IMG/VR virus record: IMGVR_UViG_3300034013_000894
Source: an uncultured virus (IMG/VR IMGVR_UViG_3300034013_000894)
Taxonomy: Duplodnaviria > Heunggongvirae > Uroviricota > Caudoviricetes
DNA length: 64,000 bases
Reading direction: 5' to 3' (one strand)
The number at the start of each line of letters is the position of its first letter. Position 1 is the stretch's first letter. Below are positions 54,865 through 63,666 of this stretch, in pieces. The position numbers were made by a program, and so were the translations under genes. Under the pieces are notes generated by a model. It saw nothing but the letters and a program-made list of their open reading frames with translations, had not been told where the DNA came from and did not search any database.

Positions 54865-54893
54865 TGACGGGTTGAATTATTTTGTTGGTCTGT

Positions 54894-55256
54894 TCAGCCA
54901 GACAGCTCAGGCGGCTCGTCCCGAAGGGCCGCAACCTGTTCTGTCGACATGGCCACCCAGGCGCCGGTCAGATGCTGCTTGGTATCAGGCCGGTTCAGGA
55001 GGTGCACGCCTTCACCCAGGTTTTCGTGATAAAGGTATCGCTCCCCATCATCAGAGACCTTCTTGTCTCCCTTGATCCAGGCATGCCGCAAGAAGGTGGG
55101 GTCATCCACAGTGTAGAAGTCCACATAGCTTGCATCCTCGGTGTCATAATCAAAGCCGATTGGCTCAATGGCGTAGGTGCCATCACCCCGCAGGCCTGTA
55201 ACCCGCGCTGTCACGGCGACCACATCGCCGATCCTGATTTCTTGTTTGTTGTCCAT
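54894..55256 (-). CDS. hypothetical protein
   Basis: 120 aa; coupled to the upstream gene. Confidence 0.55.
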   Translation of the reverse strand: MDNKQEIRIGDVVAVTARVTGLRGDGTYAIEPIGFDYDTEDASYVDFYTVDDPTFLRHAWIKGDKKVSDDGERYLYHENLGEGVHLLNRPDTKQHLTGAWVAMSTEQVAALRDEPPELSG

Positions 55257-55678
55257 TATCCCACCTTTCTATACTCTGCCGGGTAACCGGGTTGCTTGCG
55301 CTTCTCCAGTTCACCCATACTCGCCAGTCGGCTTAAACAGGCGGCCGCATTGCGAACATTGCGGCCTGACCTCTCGGCCAAGGCCTGGGCACTTACCCAG
55401 TCCTCTGCCATATCGCGGGCCACGGCAGTAATCCCGCCGTCTGCACCTGGCCGCCAATTACCTGTTGGAGTGCCGGGCTCTTCGCCTAAGGCAATGGCTG
55501 CTTCCAGGTTGTCCGCTCTGTCAAGCATGGCCTGACCTTTGGCCATCAGCCTGCGACCTTCGCGGCGCAGCCATTGGGGATCATGCTCGCTCATGCAGGC
55601 GCCAGTCCCGCCGTGCACTGTGCAAGGCTCAAGACCTGCATTGCCACGATCAACCACATAAACACCCTCTCTCCCCAC
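55256..55678 (-). CDS. hypothetical protein with C-terminal winged HTH
   Basis: VSAQALAERSGRNVRNAAACLSRLASMGEL; start may be 55594. Confidence 0.55.
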   Translation of the reverse strand: MGREGVYVVDRGNAGLEPCTVHGGTGACMSEHDPQWLRREGRRLMAKGQAMLDRADNLEAAIALGEEPGTPTGNWRPGADGGITAVARDMAEDWVSAQALAERSGRNVRNAAACLSRLASMGELEKRKQPGYPAEYRKVG

Positions 55679-55855
55679 GACATGGGTAAAGCTGGCATTC
55701 GGTCTTCAAAATCGATCATCGCCATGCTCTTCTCTCCTTCCGACCTTGTCGGGTTGCGGCGCAAGCCTTGCTAATCCGGGCGAGGCGCCTTTGTTCGTCC
55801 CACGCTGCGATGTGCGCAAAGTGGTATCCATCGAAGTATGACGCCTCGCTGTAGA

Positions 55856-56263
55856 TCATGCAGCCATTCTCCGGCCAAGGCGCTCGGCCGTTCCAGGACC
55901 AGGCACCACGCCCTTCTGCCGCAGGTGATCCATGACCGCTTGGAAGGTCATTGTCTTGTCCCAGCCGGCCCGCTTCACCGCTTCGCCTTGCAGACGAATT
56001 GCTTCGCGGCGTAGGGCTTCGGCCTTGTCGACCGCATCCTGATGCGCATCATAGGCATCCTGCGCAAGCTTGATGACTGACTGAGCATCCTCAAGTGTGC
56101 GGAAAGCATGAACCATATCATCCGCGCGGCGGTGGGTAGGGTTGCCATGAACAGCATCCCGCCCGTAGAGCTGACCACCCTTGACCGACGTCACGGCCAT
56201 CAGGCTGTCCAAGGTGGGCCGGCCATATCGCCGGCCAAGGACATAGAACAGTGCGGGCTTCAT
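55856..56263 (-). CDS. hypothetical early protein
   Basis: ATGA coupling. Confidence 0.6.
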   Translation of the reverse strand: MKPALFYVLGRRYGRPTLDSLMAVTSVKGGQLYGRDAVHGNPTHRRADDMVHAFRTLEDAQSVIKLAQDAYDAHQDAVDKAEALRREAIRLQGEAVKRAGWDKTMTFQAVMDHLRQKGVVPGPGTAERLGRRMAA

Positions 56264-56529
56264 GCGTCTTCCTCCTTGCCGAAGAGCATCTCCAGGATGA
56301 CCTGCATTTGCTGGGCTGTATTGTCAGCATGCTCCTGCGTGATGCCTTCAAAGGCCTGGTCCATATCTTCCTGGCTTTCGTAGGTGAAGGCCATAATTCC
56401 CAGCTGTTCGCGGTAGTCTTCACCCTGCGCTATTAGCACCCACTGGTCGTCATACTCATCGCTCATACCCTCGCGGGTGATGAGCAGCTGCCCATGCGGC
56501 GTGGTGAACAACTTGGCAAACTCGGTCAT
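56260..56529 (-). CDS. hypothetical acidic early protein
   Basis: ATGA coupling; FAKLF....GQLL motif. Confidence 0.6.
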   Translation of the reverse strand: MTEFAKLFTTPHGQLLITREGMSDEYDDQWVLIAQGEDYREQLGIMAFTYESQEDMDQAFEGITQEHADNTAQQMQVILEMLFGKEEDA

Positions 56530-56795
56530 TGCAAGGCCTCCCTTCTTTTGCGTCCGAGCTCCGTGAGGTGGGCGCGGAACAGTCCATCATACTCGTCGAT
56601 CCACACGCGAACCAGACCGGCTTTTTGGGCATCCGCCAAGGTGCCATAGGCTCGCATTGGGTTCTGATCAAAGTCCGCCATGGCATTGCATGGCCGGCCT
56701 TCGAAGTGAGGGCCTTTCCATCCCACAACCAGGGCATCAAGCCGGGCTGCTCGGGCGGTGTGGGCACTCAGGTCAAACTTGGGCATATTGTTCAT
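56526..56795 (-). CDS. hypothetical early protein
   Basis: ATGA coupling. Confidence 0.55.
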   Translation of the reverse strand: MNNMPKFDLSAHTARAARLDALVVGWKGPHFEGRPCNAMADFDQNPMRAYGTLADAQKAGLVRVWIDEYDGLFRAHLTELGRKRREALQ

Positions 56796-57223
56796 CGATC
56801 AAACTCCGTGCAGAGGACGACCGCTGGCTGCTTACCGCCCTTCATTTTCACGGCTCGGACAGGAAGCTCAGTCCCATCTTTGAGCCGCACCATTACTGCT
56901 ACCCCTCGAGGCTTGCCCAGCATATTGTGGGCAGTTTGCATGGCTTGCAATGTTTCGTTAATTCCCATGGGTTTTCTTTCTAAGGTTGGTATTGGAGCCA
57001 ACATAGCATTGACCCAGGCAATATCTTCTTCAGTAGCTTCGCGGACTCGATTGACTGTCTCAATACGGCCAATGTCTTGTTGAGCTTCTGCTTTAGCCCC
57101 TTCTGCGGTAATCGCTGTATAAAGCGCGCACCCACGAGAAGTATCGACATAAAAGGTTTTGAGCATGCCTTCAAGTTGTTGTCTACGAACACCCATATCA
57201 GTAGGTTTTCGTCTTGGTGGCAA
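56792..57223 (-). CDS. hypothetical early protein
   Basis: ORF overlapping the AAA gene end; start uncertain. Confidence 0.5.
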   Translation of the reverse strand: MPPRRKPTDMGVRRQQLEGMLKTFYVDTSRGCALYTAITAEGAKAEAQQDIGRIETVNRVREATEEDIAWVNAMLAPIPTLERKPMGINETLQAMQTAHNMLGKPRGVAVMVRLKDGTELPVRAVKMKGGKQPAVVLCTEFDR

Positions 57224-58412
57224 TCACGTCTTCCTGCCACTCATTGTCATCGACCGAGGCGATGCGACGATTGCCAGTAGGTTCGCCATCTTCATCCAGC
57301 ATGGCATCACGCAAAGGGTCTTCAGGCTTCCAATAAGGTTCACCACCAAACATGGGAACATACTCAGTTTCCCACACGCATGCGTCTTTGTAGACGTCGC
57401 AGACCTGGCCAACAAGGCGGAGGCTGAGGTTGTAAAACTTGTGGCGATTGCAGTCGATCCAGTCAAGAACCTTGTCGCCATGCTCGGGAGGTAGACCAAA
57501 CTGCTTTTCAATCATGCCGCCTGTGCCACCCGCAACCTGGCGGATGCGGATCATGAAGTCACGCTCACTGCGCAAGGTAAGGCACAGATAGTTGCTGCGA
57601 TCGATGAGAGCCTTAAAGTGCTCAGCATCTTTTGTGCCACGGGCAATAACCCCTTCAAAGTCAATGTTGGTCAAGAAAATTACACTGCCTTGGAACAGAA
57701 AGGATCGTGCTATACCATAGTCTTCAAGCCACCGGGCTTCTTTGCGCCAACTAATGCGGCGATGGTCAAGCTCAGTGTCAAGAGCAGCTTTAAGGAGGTT
57801 CAGCGCATCAGGATCGTGGAAAACTGCATCACAATCATCTAGCACCAATACTCCGCCTTTGCGCATATACCAGAGAGCCTGGTAAAGGCCAACAGCTGTA
57901 ATGCTACCAGAGATGCTGTCGTAAACTCCGGATATGCCTGCAGACTTGCAGTATTCAATAGGGTCATCCCCGAACCCTTGCCTGGCTTCAATTTCCACAA
58001 AGTTTGTCCGACCACTTTCTTCAAGATCGCGACGAACTTGGTAGGACTTGCCAAGGCCAGGAGGACCAGAGCAGATGAGACCGGCCGTGCCGCCTTTGAG
58101 AATAACCTTACGGCTATGGCGGGCATAAGCGGAGTAACGAACCGTGATGCGGGTCGCAGCTTCTTCATCTGTTTCTTCGGGGAGGTCAGGTGGCAGGTTC
58201 GCCAAGAGGAAGCTGGTTGGAGCATGCCCGCGGGCTGAGGCTTGGCTTAAAGAGCCTGTGCCATTTTTGAGCCGCGACAATACACTGCTAACGCTGGCCG
58301 CAGAGGTGCTTGCCCCAGGAACAGTGCGACATACAAACTCCGCAATTTCTTGGTTATTGGCATTGGGGTTCTTCGACTTATAGTCGATGATTGCTTGGGT
58401 AACTGGACTCAT
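57198..58412 (-). CDS. AAA+ ATPase with N-terminal HTH-like domain
   Basis: Walker A GPPGLGKS, Walker B VLDDCD, NLLKAALD, IFLTN; N-terminus resembles the EFP family; AAGGAGG RBS. Confidence 0.8.
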   Translation of the reverse strand: MSPVTQAIIDYKSKNPNANNQEIAEFVCRTVPGASTSAASVSSVLSRLKNGTGSLSQASARGHAPTSFLLANLPPDLPEETDEEAATRITVRYSAYARHSRKVILKGGTAGLICSGPPGLGKSYQVRRDLEESGRTNFVEIEARQGFGDDPIEYCKSAGISGVYDSISGSITAVGLYQALWYMRKGGVLVLDDCDAVFHDPDALNLLKAALDTELDHRRISWRKEARWLEDYGIARSFLFQGSVIFLTNIDFEGVIARGTKDAEHFKALIDRSNYLCLTLRSERDFMIRIRQVAGGTGGMIEKQFGLPPEHGDKVLDWIDCNRHKFYNLSLRLVGQVCDVYKDACVWETEYVPMFGGEPYWKPEDPLRDAMLDEDGEPTGNRRIASVDDNEWQEDVIATKTKTY

Positions 58413-58457
58413 AACTTGCCTCCTTATCTGGTATCAGATTTCCCGTCTGATGTAATC

Positions 58458-58486
58458 ATTATGGCTTAGGCCAATTCCATTGTAAA
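58458..58486 (-). promoter_or_regulatory. sigma70-type promoter
   Basis: TTTACA-N17-CATAAT. Confidence 0.75.
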
Positions 58487-58680
58487 CGCCAAACTGGCGG
58501 ATTATTTTCAGCGATCGATAAGGACTTGTTCAGTCCGTGTCACACTGACCAGCACCAGACCACGCTCCTTGGCAAAGTCTTCAGCTCGTTCCCGCATTGT
58601 GTGGCCGAACGCCATGACAGTGCGCCCACTGCGTGCCCGCGCTTCATAGGACACGTCCCGCTTCTTTGCAGTGGCTGCCA

Positions 58681-58929
58681 TCAGCTGCGCCCCCGAACTT
58701 TGCTGACATCATAGCCGGCCTGCTTCAGTGCTTCGATGCGGTCTTTTGCCGGAACCCAGTCGATACCGACATGGCCCTCACGACGCTCCGCAATGTTGCG
58801 GCGCTGAGCTTCTGCTTCGGCTTCAACCTCAGTCAAGCCTTTGGCATCTTCATCAAAGAGGCTGCCGTTGTTGCGGATCGGATCGATCTTGGCGATCACG
58901 GTCCACACAGGGTTAGGATCAGTGGGCAT
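58681..58929 (-). CDS. hypothetical early protein
   Basis: ATG 58929 behind AAGGAG. Confidence 0.55.
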   Translation of the reverse strand: MPTDPNPVWTVIAKIDPIRNNGSLFDEDAKGLTEVEAEAEAQRRNIAERREGHVGIDWVPAKDRIEALKQAGYDVSKVRGRS

Positions 58930-58949
58930 CGTATTGCTCCTTAATTGCA

Positions 58950-59427
58950 TGGCACTTCATCCTTGGGGTGGACCCGTAAAGGCCCACCCTCTGGGGAAGC
59001 GTCAGGCTTCTTCCTGCTGTTTGGCCGCTTCGTATGCAATCGCTTCAGCGATCAGATCATCCAGGCCTGCAAGAACAGCCTTGTGCTGAGCTTCGACGTT
59101 CTTCTCGGTGCAGCGATCCGCACTTCGTGCAGCCAGCTTGTGGAAGTCACGGAAGATGGCCGACCGAACAAACCCGCCACCGACTGTGCAGGCTCCGACA
59201 TAGGTGGTCAGCCCGCCATTGCTGGACTTCGATGTGGTGATCCGCAGCTGACGCTTGGTGCCTTCTTCCTGGTCACCCCCATTATCCGCGAGGTCGACGA
59301 AGGTCTCAGCCTTCCAGCCGTTCAGGCCTTTACGCATGCTTGTCTCAGTCATTATCAGTCTCCTTGTTTGGTTGGCACTTCATCCTCGGGGTGGACCCGT
59401 AAAGGCCCACCCTCTGGGGAAGCGTCA
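58950..59427 (-). repeat. 55-bp intergenic direct repeat (58950-59004 and 59373-59427), each a hairpin
   Basis: TGGCACTTCATCCTYGGGGTGGACCCGTAAAGGCCCACCCTCTGGGGAAGCGTCA, one mismatch between copies. Confidence 0.9.
59002..59352 (-). CDS. hypothetical early protein flanked by the 55-bp repeats
   Basis: AAGGAG RBS; 116 aa. Confidence 0.65.
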   Translation of the reverse strand: MTETSMRKGLNGWKAETFVDLADNGGDQEEGTKRQLRITTSKSSNGGLTTYVGACTVGGGFVRSAIFRDFHKLAARSADRCTEKNVEAQHKAVLAGLDDLIAEAIAYEAAKQQEEA

Positions 59428-59430
59428 AGC

Positions 59431-60051
59431 TTAGGCGGCAGCCGCAGCTTCAGGCGCTGGCTTTTCAGCCTTGGCCGGGCGACGCATCGGGACGTTCTTG
59501 CCCTTGCGGCGCATCCCAGCCGCCACACTGGCGATCGACCGTGCCGAAGTGTTGGCCTTCGGAAACTCCTTGATGACCGCGTTGATGATGTCCAAGTAGG
59601 ACAGCGCGGGGTCCATCAGGAGGCTCTCGACCAGGCGGGTCAGACCGCCGCGGGCCTCGCCACTGCCCGTGTCCTTGGCCTTTTTGACCTTGGCAGCCGC
59701 ACGTTCCTGAGCTTCGCCGTCCGTCGAAGGTGCTTCGGCCTGTTCGGTCGGCTCGTCGGAGGCATCACCGGTCGGTTCCGTTGTGCCGTCGGCTTCCTCG
59801 GAGGCTTCCGGCTCGGGGTTATCGGCCGGAGCCTTTTCGAGAGCCTCGTCGGCCTCATCCATATCGGCCAGCGCGGGCAGCGTTTCCTTCAGCTCGGTGA
59901 CCTGCTCGACTTCGAGGCCGAGCTTGCTCCAGCCAATCTTCAGCGCCTTACGGGCTTCATCAGCCTGCTCGAATGCTTGAAGGCGTTCACGACCGCCACG
60001 ATCTTCGTCGGTGGCAATTTTAACCAGTTCCTTGACTTGTTCGATATTCAT
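59431..60051 (-). CDS. 'EFP' family protein with acidic disordered linker
   Basis: LSYLDIINAVIKEFPKANTSARSIASVAAGMRRKG; start ATG 60051. Confidence 0.75.
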   Translation of the reverse strand: MNIEQVKELVKIATDEDRGGRERLQAFEQADEARKALKIGWSKLGLEVEQVTELKETLPALADMDEADEALEKAPADNPEPEASEEADGTTEPTGDASDEPTEQAEAPSTDGEAQERAAAKVKKAKDTGSGEARGGLTRLVESLLMDPALSYLDIINAVIKEFPKANTSARSIASVAAGMRRKGKNVPMRRPAKAEKPAPEAAAAA

Positions 60052-60105
60052 AGTTTGGGTTCCTTCCATTGTCCTGACTTGCACCATTGCTCGTCTTGAT
60101 ACCCT

Positions 60106-60134
60106 ATTTTAAGCTTGAGGTGAAGCTTTGTAAA
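60106..60134 (-). promoter_or_regulatory. sigma70-type promoter
   Basis: TTTACA-N17-TAAAAT. Confidence 0.7.
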
Positions 60135-60180
60135 TACTAAACGGGGAGAAAATCTTTACGCCCGCCAGTTTTTGTGAGGC

Positions 60181-60633
60181 TCAGCTTTCTTCCTCATCGT
60201 CATTGCTGGGATTGGTGTTGATGACCACGTGGCCAAAGGTCAGTCGACCTCCTGCATAGTCCCAAGGTATTCCTGCGCGTATACCGCAATCCGAGCTGCA
60301 TTCAAACTCCTGCTCAAACTCAACTTTGGCCCCGAGGTGCTTAATACCACCGCCGGCTGTGAGCTTGTCCTGGTCAACCGCTTCCCAAGGGATAGCTGAG
60401 ATGCATCCTGCGTCGACCGAAAAGTCCACGCCGATCGAGCTGGGATAAATGCCGTCACCCCACAACGTGCTCAGCACGCAAATGCGATGATTATTGGGCA
60501 GAACAAATGCGCCTTGCAGGCAACTGTCGCCAGCGATGCACTGCTTAAGAAAGACGTCGTAATCTTCCTGCTTTAGGGCGTAGCACGGGTCGCCCACATA
60601 ATACGTGCCGGGCTTCATGGTCGTGGTCATCAA
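60181..60633 (-). CDS. conserved phage hypothetical protein
   Basis: PG.YYVGDPCY, T.WGDG.Y, VDAGCI, FG.V.I.T motifs. Confidence 0.7.
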   Translation of the reverse strand: MMTTTMKPGTYYVGDPCYALKQEDYDVFLKQCIAGDSCLQGAFVLPNNHRICVLSTLWGDGIYPSSIGVDFSVDAGCISAIPWEAVDQDKLTAGGGIKHLGAKVEFEQEFECSSDCGIRAGIPWDYAGGRLTFGHVVINTNPSNDDEEES

Positions 60634-60638
60634 TTTAC

Positions 60639-60956
60639 TCCTTTTCTCTCAACGGACTGGATGGCCAGTCTTCATTTATGCTCTGGAATCTCCACAATAA
60701 CTAGCGCTCCCTTGCGTCTTGCATTGTGCCCGATAGCCAACATCAAAGCCGATGAATAAAAAGCGGATGATGCTATAAACTCATCGCAGAACCGCGCCAC
60801 ATAGCGAGGCTTTTCATGGCCGCAATATTCTGGGCTAATGCGATAGCGAAGATCGATTGCGCCGTTATCGTGGCTAATTGGGTTAGGATTATGTTCCATT
60901 GTATTGGGATCACTCATCAGTTGCTCATTCCTTTCCTCTCAACGGACTGGATGGCC
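60639..60956. repeat. 28-bp direct repeat (60639-60666 and 60929-60956)
   Basis: TCCTTTYCTCTCAACGGACTGGATGGCC. Confidence 0.8.
60672..60917 (-). CDS. hypothetical protein between the 28-bp repeats
   Basis: 81 aa; EYCG..KPR.V.RFC.EFI motif. Confidence 0.6.
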   Translation of the reverse strand: MSDPNTMEHNPNPISHDNGAIDLRYRISPEYCGHEKPRYVARFCDEFIASSAFYSSALMLAIGHNARRKGALVIVEIPEHK

Positions 60957-61147
60957 CAGGTCCGCACCATATCCAAGACCGCATCAGCAGCCGTCTCGAA
61001 GGGGCCGACGGTGTCGCCGAGCAGGACTTCGCCAGACTCTTCATCCACCATGCGCTGCCGATCGACCTCGCCCCAGTAGTAGCCAGGCTCGCAGCCAAAC
61101 CACTCGTCAGAGGAGTGCCACTTGACGCACCAGTCTTTGACCTCCAT
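60917..61147 (-). CDS. hypothetical protein
   Basis: 76 aa; PGYYW...GPFET. Confidence 0.6.
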   Translation of the reverse strand: MEVKDWCVKWHSSDEWFGCEPGYYWGEVDRQRMVDEESGEVLLGDTVGPFETAADAVLDMVRTWAIQSVERKGMSN

Positions 61148-61623
61148 CAGCCGAGCTCCGCTGAGGCTTGAACGCGCCAGTATTTAGCCTGTGCGGCTGT
61201 CATAGTGCGCTGGTATTCAGCTCGTGCTTCTTCTTCTTCTTTGGTAATAGGTGCGGCAATATTTTCCATTTTCAGTCTCCATGTTGGCGCGGATGCGTTG
61301 GAATGTGGCTGGGTTCATATTGAAAAAGCGTGAGGATTGCTGCTTTTAGTATCCAGCCCGCGCACTTCGTAATGACTATCTTCCTCCCATTTTTCTTCGA
61401 TCATGCCTATGGCATATGTTTCTGCATCTAAATCAGTCCTCAAGACTGGAGCGATTTGAGCGATGATAGCTGCGACTTGTTCTTCGTGGGTCATTTCAAA
61501 AATCCTTTTTGTGTTTCTGTTTTTGCAATATTAGCAGCATTGGCGGGGAATGTCCCCTTGCTGTAAAACCCTGATAGGGCCGTTGGTCATGTAGCTCATT
61601 ACGTGGATCATGGGTTAATCTCC

Positions 61624-61959
61624 TTACTTGCTTTCTTGTTGGATGCGGATTGAGTAGCGGGTGCCCTCGATGGTGACGTAGCGAGTGGATGACTGCCGTC
61701 CGTCAATCTGAGTGTTCCATGACTCCGCAGTCAGCATTGCATCTTGCGTGCCGTTGAGGTGGTCGAATGCGGGGCAACCTTCAAGACCAACCTCGAGACT
61801 GGCGAACAGACTGCTGATGACCTCGTCTTGGGTCATTGTCTTGTGGAGGAATGGGGCGGGTGTGTCCGTGATCGCGTCCTGGCAATCAGTGCAGATTGCG
61901 GTATCGATCATGCGGGTCATATAATCGCAGTGTTTGCATGCAGTGCGAGGGGTGGTCAT
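61624..61959 (-). CDS. hypothetical protein with N-terminal CxxC-CxxC
   Basis: ATG 61959 behind AAGGAG, downstream of a promoter. Confidence 0.6.
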   Translation of the reverse strand: MTTPRTACKHCDYMTRMIDTAICTDCQDAITDTPAPFLHKTMTQDEVISSLFASLEVGLEGCPAFDHLNGTQDAMLTAESWNTQIDGRQSSTRYVTIEGTRYSIRIQQESK

Positions 61960-61988
61960 TGGTAGTCTCCTTCGTTGCTTGTGTAAAC

Positions 61989-62017
61989 AGTATGTCTTGG
62001 GTTGTTTGCTTTGTAAA
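61989..62017 (-). promoter_or_regulatory. sigma70-type promoter
   Basis: TTTACA-N17-CATACT. Confidence 0.65.
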
Positions 62018-62087
62018 CCCTTTGCGAGGTAATTATTCTTTGCAGTGCAGCGATTGCTACCCAGAAGTGCAGCAAACCGGGCTTTGA

Positions 62088-62365
62088 GCAGCATCCGTCC
62101 GACCTGTCCGGAGCCTGTCCGACCTTGTAAACGGTAGGTCGGACGGAGAAAAGTGTTTCGGATCAGTAGCTTATGGGTCGGTTTTCGTCTCCGTCCGACC
62201 TGTCCGACCTATTTTTAGCTCAGCGTATGTGCGTGGCGCACGAGCGTGCGTATACGTAAGGAAATAGGTCGGACAGGTCGGACGGTCGGACGAATATAAT
62301 AAAAACAACTACTTATGAGCTTCGGTAGGTCGGACGTGCAGCGGACGCTGTCGGACGGATGCTGC
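62088..62365. repeat. nested inverted-repeat/iteron array; candidate replication origin
   Basis: 10 copies of GTCCGAC/GTCGGAC; 16-bp outer IR (62088-62103/62350-62365); 24-bp inner IR (62191-62214/62262-62285); AT-rich tract at about 62293-62316. Confidence 0.75.
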
Positions 62366-62463
62366 GCAACTTGATAGCGATTGCTGAGTTGTGTGCCAGT
62401 CCGAGCGGATTGCTTGTCTGGTTCCTAGGACTGCGGGCAGGGGATCGACCAGCAGTAAGGAAG

Positions 62464-62679
62464 CTAGCTTGGGGTCCAATACCCTTGTTTGTCCCCAAAA
62501 GTGTCACCCGCTTCCAAGGCGTGGGCGCGCGAGTTCCAGGCTCCCGATCGCAGGTTAGCGATTGCTGCATCAGGTCCCCATGCGAGCTCTGCGAGCCTCC
62601 GGGCTTGGCGCTTGACCGAGGCGCGGGCTACTTGGTCACGGAAGTCCTGGTCAGGGCTCCGGCGATAGGTGCGGCTCAT
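62464..62679 (-). CDS. hypothetical protein
   Basis: AGGAGG RBS; 71 aa. Confidence 0.5.
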   Translation of the reverse strand: MSRTYRRSPDQDFRDQVARASVKRQARRLAELAWGPDAAIANLRSGAWNSRAHALEAGDTFGDKQGYWTPS

Positions 62680-62682
62680 GGC

Positions 62683-63039
62683 TCAGGCCTCCTTTTCGTC
62701 TGCGAGGATCGCTTGGTGGACGTCCTTGGCCCAGGCGTCGTTCCGAGGTGCGGGCTGCTCACCGAAGTCAAGCCACTGTGCGGGCTGCTCACCGAAGTCA
62801 AGCCACTCCCAAAGACCCATCAGGGGGCCCCAAGTGAACGTTCCCCATGACCAATCAGCTGCTCGCCGGAACGGTTTCATCCCATTTGGGATTTTCGCAG
62901 CATCGAAGGTCTTAGTGACCAAATCCCGCGTCTCGTCTTCCGGGTCATCCGGCGACCAGGTAGGAACCTGCATCACACCTATGAGCGCACCAGTGAAAAT
63001 GTTGCGCAGCGCTATATGGCAGTGGGTAATGGGTAACAT
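62683..63039 (-). CDS. hypothetical protein with an internal 10-aa tandem duplication
   Basis: ATG 63039 behind AAGGAG; WLDFGEQPA twice. Confidence 0.55.
   Translation of the reverse strand: MLPITHCHIALRNIFTGALIGVMQVPTWSPDDPEDETRDLVTKTFDAAKIPNGMKPFRRAADWSWGTFTWGPLMGLWEWLDFGEQPAQWLDFGEQPAPRNDAWAKDVHQAILADEKEA
62748..62807. repeat. perfect 30-bp tandem repeat x2
   Basis: GTGCGGGCTGCTCACCGAAGTCAAGCCACT twice. Confidence 0.9.
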
Positions 63040-63106
63040 ATCAGTTCTCCTTATGCAAAGCATATCAGTTTTCCTATGTGGGGTGGGCGAACCCACCCCT
63101 ATACTC

Positions 63107-63316
63107 CTATACATAATTTAGAACTTCAACGACGTCTTGGCGTTCCAAGAGTATGACGTCTTCGCTATCTGCAATTCCTGCTCGAATGACTGCGTATATT
63201 GCTGCAAGCATTTGACCGTCATCGTTGAATTGATGGGAGTTGATTGCTGCGATGACGTCGAAGTCACCGTCCTTTCGCAGTTTGCCGATTGTGGCGTATT
63301 GGGCCGGAATGTTCAT
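63107..63316 (-). CDS. hypothetical protein
   Basis: AAGGA RBS; 69 aa. Confidence 0.55.
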   Translation of the reverse strand: MNIPAQYATIGKLRKDGDFDVIAAINSHQFNDDGQMLAAIYAVIRAGIADSEDVILLERQDVVEVLNYV

Positions 63317-63369
63317 TTTGAGTGTTTCCTTTCGTTAGGTGGGTGGGACCAAGAACCCCTATATGGGCA

Positions 63370-63666
63370 TCAGCCAACCATGTTGAGCTTCAAACGCAGT
63401 GGCACATTGACACCTTTCTTGCGCATGACGCAAGCTACACTGGCCACAGACTTGGTTGACGTGTTGGCGGATGGGAACTCTTCGCGCACTTTGGCAACAA
63501 TGTCAGCATAGGACATGGTAGTATCGCGCACCAGGTGTTCGACCATTCGGCTCAGCCTACCATCTGTCTTGGGCAGGTCAGAGGTGAGGCGGATGAGGCC
63601 TGCAGACAGGGCATCAGCGACAGTCATGCTCATGACGTCGACGTCAGCAATGTTATTCTCAGTCAT
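63370..63666 (-). CDS. 'EFP' family small protein
   Basis: MSYADIVAKVREEFPSANTSTKSVASVACVMRKKGVNVP. Confidence 0.7.
   Translation of the reverse strand: MTENNIADVDVMSMTVADALSAGLIRLTSDLPKTDGRLSRMVEHLVRDTTMSYADIVAKVREEFPSANTSTKSVASVACVMRKKGVNVPLRLKLNMVG

Noticed and set aside
58950..59427. CRISPR array from the 55-bp repeats
   Set aside because: Only two copies, separated by a 368-bp protein-coding gene; no cas operon (DUF2800 is a replication-module nuclease).
62088..62365. CRISPR array or MITE from the GTCGGAC repeats
   Set aside because: Repeats are 7-24 bp, irregularly spaced and in both orientations; no target-site duplication or transposase seen.
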